The translations under genes were made by a program, and so were the position numbers. From Planctomycetales bacterium (lineage in GTDB: Bacteria > 4484-113), in NCBI GenBank assembly GCA_037441675.1, contig JBBIRS010000005.1:11648-75647 (forward strand): 64,000 nucleotides of DNA. The letters run 5' to 3'. The notes below the pieces were generated by a model. That model saw only the letters and a program-made list of their open reading frames with translations. It had not been told where the DNA came from and did not search any database. The stretch's first letter is position 1, and each line of letters begins with the position of its first letter. Of this stretch, positions 60,401 through 64,000 are shown one piece after another.

Positions 60401-62038
60401 TTATCCCTTAAGTAGAATTTTATCAATTAGTTGATAACCAAGTGTCTTATCCGCAGCTCCTTGAACAGTGGAATAGCATAAAACCTTTCCCCTCTGCCAT
60501 CTTAAGTACACTTGAACGAAGGGGATATAAAGAGTGATAAGAACTCCAAGGATTAGCCCAATCCAGCCTGTAAACAAAATGGCAGTCCCAGGGTCGTGTT
60601 TGTATTGAAATATGCTAACATCATCCACCTTGTCCGCCATCTTCACCTTCACAGTGTGTCCTGGGAGGGTTAACTCAAACCACTCCTTGGGGTTTAACAG
60701 GACGAACCTTTGTCCTCTATCAGTCTTACCTACAACCTCAAAAAGACCGATGGGTCCTAGGTATCCAACTGGTTCACCTGCTTTGAAAAGAGGGCCTGCC
60801 TTTACGGGGAAAACTCCACCCTGTGGTTCGGGGTGAAAGAGAATCTCGCTTCCTAATGGTGTTGCGGTTCCTGATGTAACTTCTCTTAATTTGCCGTCAG
60901 GCTTAACCTGGTATGCTGTATTTGGTGTGACCGGGTAAGTTTCTTCTCTACCATCAAAAGAAACTGTGATGTATCCTGTCTGGGCAAAGCTAGCCTGATA
61001 GAAGAGAGTTCTTCCCACCCCTAGTGGATGGTTTACAAGTACGCGCTTTTCTCTTCGTTCGCCTTTATACTCTCCGATAAGCTCTGAAACGTAGTCACGA
61101 ACGTAATACTTGTAATATTCCCTAAGCGCGGTTTCATTCACAGGCAAATCCTTGAAAAGATCTGGATCCTTAATATGTTGGTCATACTCAATTCTAAAAT
61201 CCTTCAGAGTAAGCTTGAATACGTAAGGTTTAATGTAGGAGGTTAAAGCACGCCCAATTGGATTCTTTATCTGCTTTAAGTTTACGGTGAGGGTTCTAGT
61301 TTCACCTTCTGGGACAGGAACGGAGCCCTCAAAGCCCCAAATCTTGCCAATGATACCACCGATGAAAATTACAATTATGCTAAAGTGGAATACTACCGCA
61401 GACCATTTTCTTAAAAAGCACTTATCCGCATAAATTGAGGCAGATTCCTCCTCATTCCTAACAAAAACCCTCAACCCTGCTCTCTTTAGGCTTCCTACCA
61501 ATTCTTCAAGGGTGATGTCTTTATTGTCGTAGTGCTTGTAGCCTTCCTTTTGAGAGCTGAAGAAGATTTCTGTAAATCTGTAGACTGGTCTGTACCAGAG
61601 GGAAAGCGTCCTTCTGAGCCTTGTGATTGAGCAGACCACTGAAGATATTGCAATCCACAAGAAAACCAAGTTGAAGTACACTGTATTGTAGATATTGGTA
61701 AAGCCGAGGCTCTTCATAATTTTGAACTTGAGAGGACCGTATTTTGAGATATAGTCAGCGGTTTCTGCACCCATCGGTTCTTGAGGGATAAGAGTTCCTA
61801 TTATGGCAAAGAATGCGAGTATCATCAGCGCAACTACCGCAGTTGGAAGAGAGTTTAACAGGTATACGATTAGTTCCCAAAGTCCCGCTTCTTCACGCAG
61901 AGTTGGCTCATAGTAGACTTCTTGGCTTTCGGTTAAAACCTTCTCTTCAGCTTGAAGGGGTAATTTCCCTATAGGAATGTGCGCGCTTGCTGAGGTTGCC
62001 TCAGGATTTTCGCCTTGAAATTTCTTTTCTTTTCCCAC
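60401..62038 (-). CDS. resB: Cytochrome c biogenesis protein ResB/CcsB (System II)
   Basis: IGTLIPQ, NIYNTVYF, CSITR, VFHFSI..IGG, VNHPL...FYQASF, DPG...G. Start chosen at GTG 62038, just after the ccsA stop. Confidence 0.85.
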   Translation of the reverse strand: MGKEKKFQGENPEATSASAHIPIGKLPLQAEEKVLTESQEVYYEPTLREEAGLWELIVYLLNSLPTAVVALMILAFFAIIGTLIPQEPMGAETADYISKYGPLKFKIMKSLGFTNIYNTVYFNLVFLWIAISSVVCSITRLRRTLSLWYRPVYRFTEIFFSSQKEGYKHYDNKDITLEELVGSLKRAGLRVFVRNEEESASIYADKCFLRKWSAVVFHFSIIVIFIGGIIGKIWGFEGSVPVPEGETRTLTVNLKQIKNPIGRALTSYIKPYVFKLTLKDFRIEYDQHIKDPDLFKDLPVNETALREYYKYYVRDYVSELIGEYKGERREKRVLVNHPLGVGRTLFYQASFAQTGYITVSFDGREETYPVTPNTAYQVKPDGKLREVTSGTATPLGSEILFHPEPQGGVFPVKAGPLFKAGEPVGYLGPIGLFEVVGKTDRGQRFVLLNPKEWFELTLPGHTVKVKMADKVDDVSIFQYKHDPGTAILFTGWIGLILGVLITLYIPFVQVYLRWQRGKVLCYSTVQGAADKTLGYQLIDKILLKG

Positions 62039-62039
62039 C

Positions 62040-63050
62040 TTAAGGATGCTTTCCTTTTGAGGATGGCTTAGTGGAAGTGTGTTGTGGGCTTGATGCATCA
62101 GAGCTTCTTGATTTGCCTGGCGCAAAAGCAATCACTAGGGGAACAATTAACAGAAGAAACATAACAGCGAGCGTCCAGAGACTTCCCTTTCCGGAGGCGT
62201 AGGCATGAATGGACTCCGCACCGAGCGAGCCTGAGATGAGGTTAACGCCAATAAAGGTAATAATGATTCCATCGTAGGCAACTAGGTTGAATACCGCTGC
62301 CTTAAAACCCTTCCAGCCGAGAGCAAGCCTTGCATGCATATAAGCTGTGTAGATAAACCAGGCAATTGCTGCCCAGGTTTCCTTGGGGTCCCAGCCCCAG
62401 TATCTACCCCAAGCCTCATTTGCCCAAACTGCGCCGAGAAAAATGCCAGCGGTTAGAAAGGGATATCCGAAACTGGCAATTAGGTAACTGAGTCGGTCAA
62501 TTCTCTCGGGCGGGAAAGTGCTGTCGATACCCTTTACGCCGATGTTCCACTTCTCTTTCAGCACGTAATAAAGCGCTATCGCGGCTGAAATGGTAAAAGA
62601 AGCGTAAGAAATAAACATCGCAGAGACATGAATGACGAGCCAGTAACTCTTCAAGGCGGGCGGAAGTTCTCGCAATCCACTTTCGCCACTTAGGAAAAAC
62701 ACTAAATATGTAAACCCAATTAACACTAGCGCAAGAACGTACGCCCCAAACACCCTGACCTTGGTGACTATCTCAAAGATTAAATATAGAAGGATAATCA
62801 GGAAGGCAAGGAAGTGGATCGCTTCAAATAAACTTGTAGCAGGAAGAAGAAAACCTTTGTGCTGTTGCCAGTATTCGTAAGTTCTAGCGATAAGCCAATA
62901 AAGTTGAGATAATAGACCGATGCCTAAGAAGACAGAGGCGAAGGGAAGTACAGCGGAACCGCGCTTAAAAGTAATTCCATACAGGTATAAGAAGAAGGCA
63001 CACAAATAGGTAAAGTAGGCAATCAAAATATAAACAAAGCTAGTCTGCAT
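62040..63050 (-). CDS. ccsA: Cytochrome c biogenesis protein CcsA/ResC
   Basis: LPPALKSYWLVIHV, WWD motif GAVWANEAWGRYWGWDPKETW, HAY. Confidence 0.95.
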   Translation of the reverse strand: MQTSFVYILIAYFTYLCAFFLYLYGITFKRGSAVLPFASVFLGIGLLSQLYWLIARTYEYWQQHKGFLLPATSLFEAIHFLAFLIILLYLIFEIVTKVRVFGAYVLALVLIGFTYLVFFLSGESGLRELPPALKSYWLVIHVSAMFISYASFTISAAIALYYVLKEKWNIGVKGIDSTFPPERIDRLSYLIASFGYPFLTAGIFLGAVWANEAWGRYWGWDPKETWAAIAWFIYTAYMHARLALGWKGFKAAVFNLVAYDGIIITFIGVNLISGSLGAESIHAYASGKGSLWTLAVMFLLLIVPLVIAFAPGKSRSSDASSPQHTSTKPSSKGKHP

Positions 63051-63210
63051 AATATGCCTTTCCTCCTTATGGATTATAATATCACATAAACGTTACGATT
63101 GCCTACTATGATATTTAGTAGGCAAAACCCATATACGTCTTATATGAAAATACCACTGGTTCGCTGACTTTGTGTTAGAATTCACTTTTAGGAATTTTAG
63201 GAGGATATCT

Positions 63211-63861
63211 ATGCAGATATTTCTTGATACAGCGAATGTTGATGAGATAAGGCAGGGAGTTGAATTAGGCGTTGTTGATGGCGTTACGACTAATCCTTCG
63301 CTTATAGCTAAAGAAAAGCGCAAGTTTAGAGAGTGCATAGAGGAGATTTGCAGAATTTGCAAAGGACCAGTTTCGGTTGAAGTTATTGCTACCGATACCG
63401 AAGGAATGCTCAGGGAGGCACGGGAGTATGCAAGTTGGGCGGAGAATGTTGTTGTTAAAATTCCACTTTCCTTTGATGGATTAAAGGCGGTTAAAGTCCT
63501 TTCAGCTGAGGGAATAAAAGTTAATGTAACACTTGTTTTTTCCGCCAATCAGGCGCTTCTTGCTGCAAAGGCAGATGCGTTCTATGTCTCACCATTCATC
63601 GGAAGGTTGGATGATGTGGGTCAGAATGGAATGGAGGTGCTCTCTGAAATCGTGAGCGTTTACGATAACTATGAGTTTGATACTCTTATTCTTGCAGCCA
63701 GTCTTCGTCATCCTAACCATGTTAAGCAGTCCGCTTTAATAGGAGCTGATGTGGCGACTATGCCCTTTAATGTCCTTCTTCAGCTCTTCAAGCATCCGCT
63801 CACTGATGTGGGACTTAAGAGATTCTTGGATGATTGGGAAAAGGTTAAAGACTTACTTTAA
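63211..63861 (+). CDS. tal: Transaldolase / fructose-6-phosphate aldolase family (short form)
   Basis: [51 protein letters not shown]. Confidence 0.92.
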   Translation: MQIFLDTANVDEIRQGVELGVVDGVTTNPSLIAKEKRKFRECIEEICRICKGPVSVEVIATDTEGMLREAREYASWAENVVVKIPLSFDGLKAVKVLSAEGIKVNVTLVFSANQALLAAKADAFYVSPFIGRLDDVGQNGMEVLSEIVSVYDNYEFDTLILAASLRHPNHVKQSALIGADVATMPFNVLLQLFKHPLTDVGLKRFLDDWEKVKDLL

Positions 63862-64000
63862 CTTTTCAGTTAGCCCCTGCATTAAGATGAGAACGAGATA
63901 GAGTTATCAGGCTCGGTAGTTCCTATTCGTAATGTAAATAAGCTGGAGGGTAGTTAGATCTTCTGCGATGAGAATCTTACTTTTCCGTCTTTGGTGAAAT

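Noticed and set aside
62039..62131. ORF-track 5' extension of resB
   Set aside because: It overlaps ccsA by about 90 nt; GTG 62038 is more plausible.
63862..64000. Possible 3' end of a minus-strand gene at the window edge
   Set aside because: Too short to identify a frame or product.

Overview
A 64-kb, moderately AT-rich bacterial chromosomal segment, mostly housekeeping and energy-metabolism genes. It includes phnCE, a 2-oxoacid dehydrogenase E1a/E1b/E2 set without E3, selD, eno, a XerC/D-family recombinase, hrcA-dnaJ divergent from groESL, a K+-dependent membrane PPase, a SigB/F-type module, scpB, pyrG, pckA, rsmG-parA, dgt, pyrB, truB, sucCD, nfnAB, thiE, a polyprenyl synthase, resB/ccsA and a transaldolase. 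HrcA/CIRCE and SigB-type genes together with secretin-like, BON and Cys-polyGly lipoproteins suggest an unusual, possibly diderm Terrabacteria-like lineage (inference only). I saw no rRNA, tRNA, CRISPR array, transposase or prophage. Signals not explained by the ORF track: (1) a Sec-encoding selD (in-frame TGA plus SECIS-like hairpin); (2) two intergenic promoter-to-terminator units that look like undescribed sRNAs, one a 72-nt C-rich RNA divergent from CTP synthase; (3) a shared Rex-like palindrome upstream of sucCD, pckA and nfnAB; (4) a variant CIRCE; (5) repeated leaderless-gene architecture; (6) a decayed MNT-HEPN toxin-antitoxin pair with a frameshift and a junction repeat; (7) two domain-shuffled paralogous repeat lipoproteins; (8) a secretin-like protein lacking its pore domain; (9) an apparently kinase-dead SigB partner-switch module. 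All calls come from reading the sequence by eye; no searches were run.
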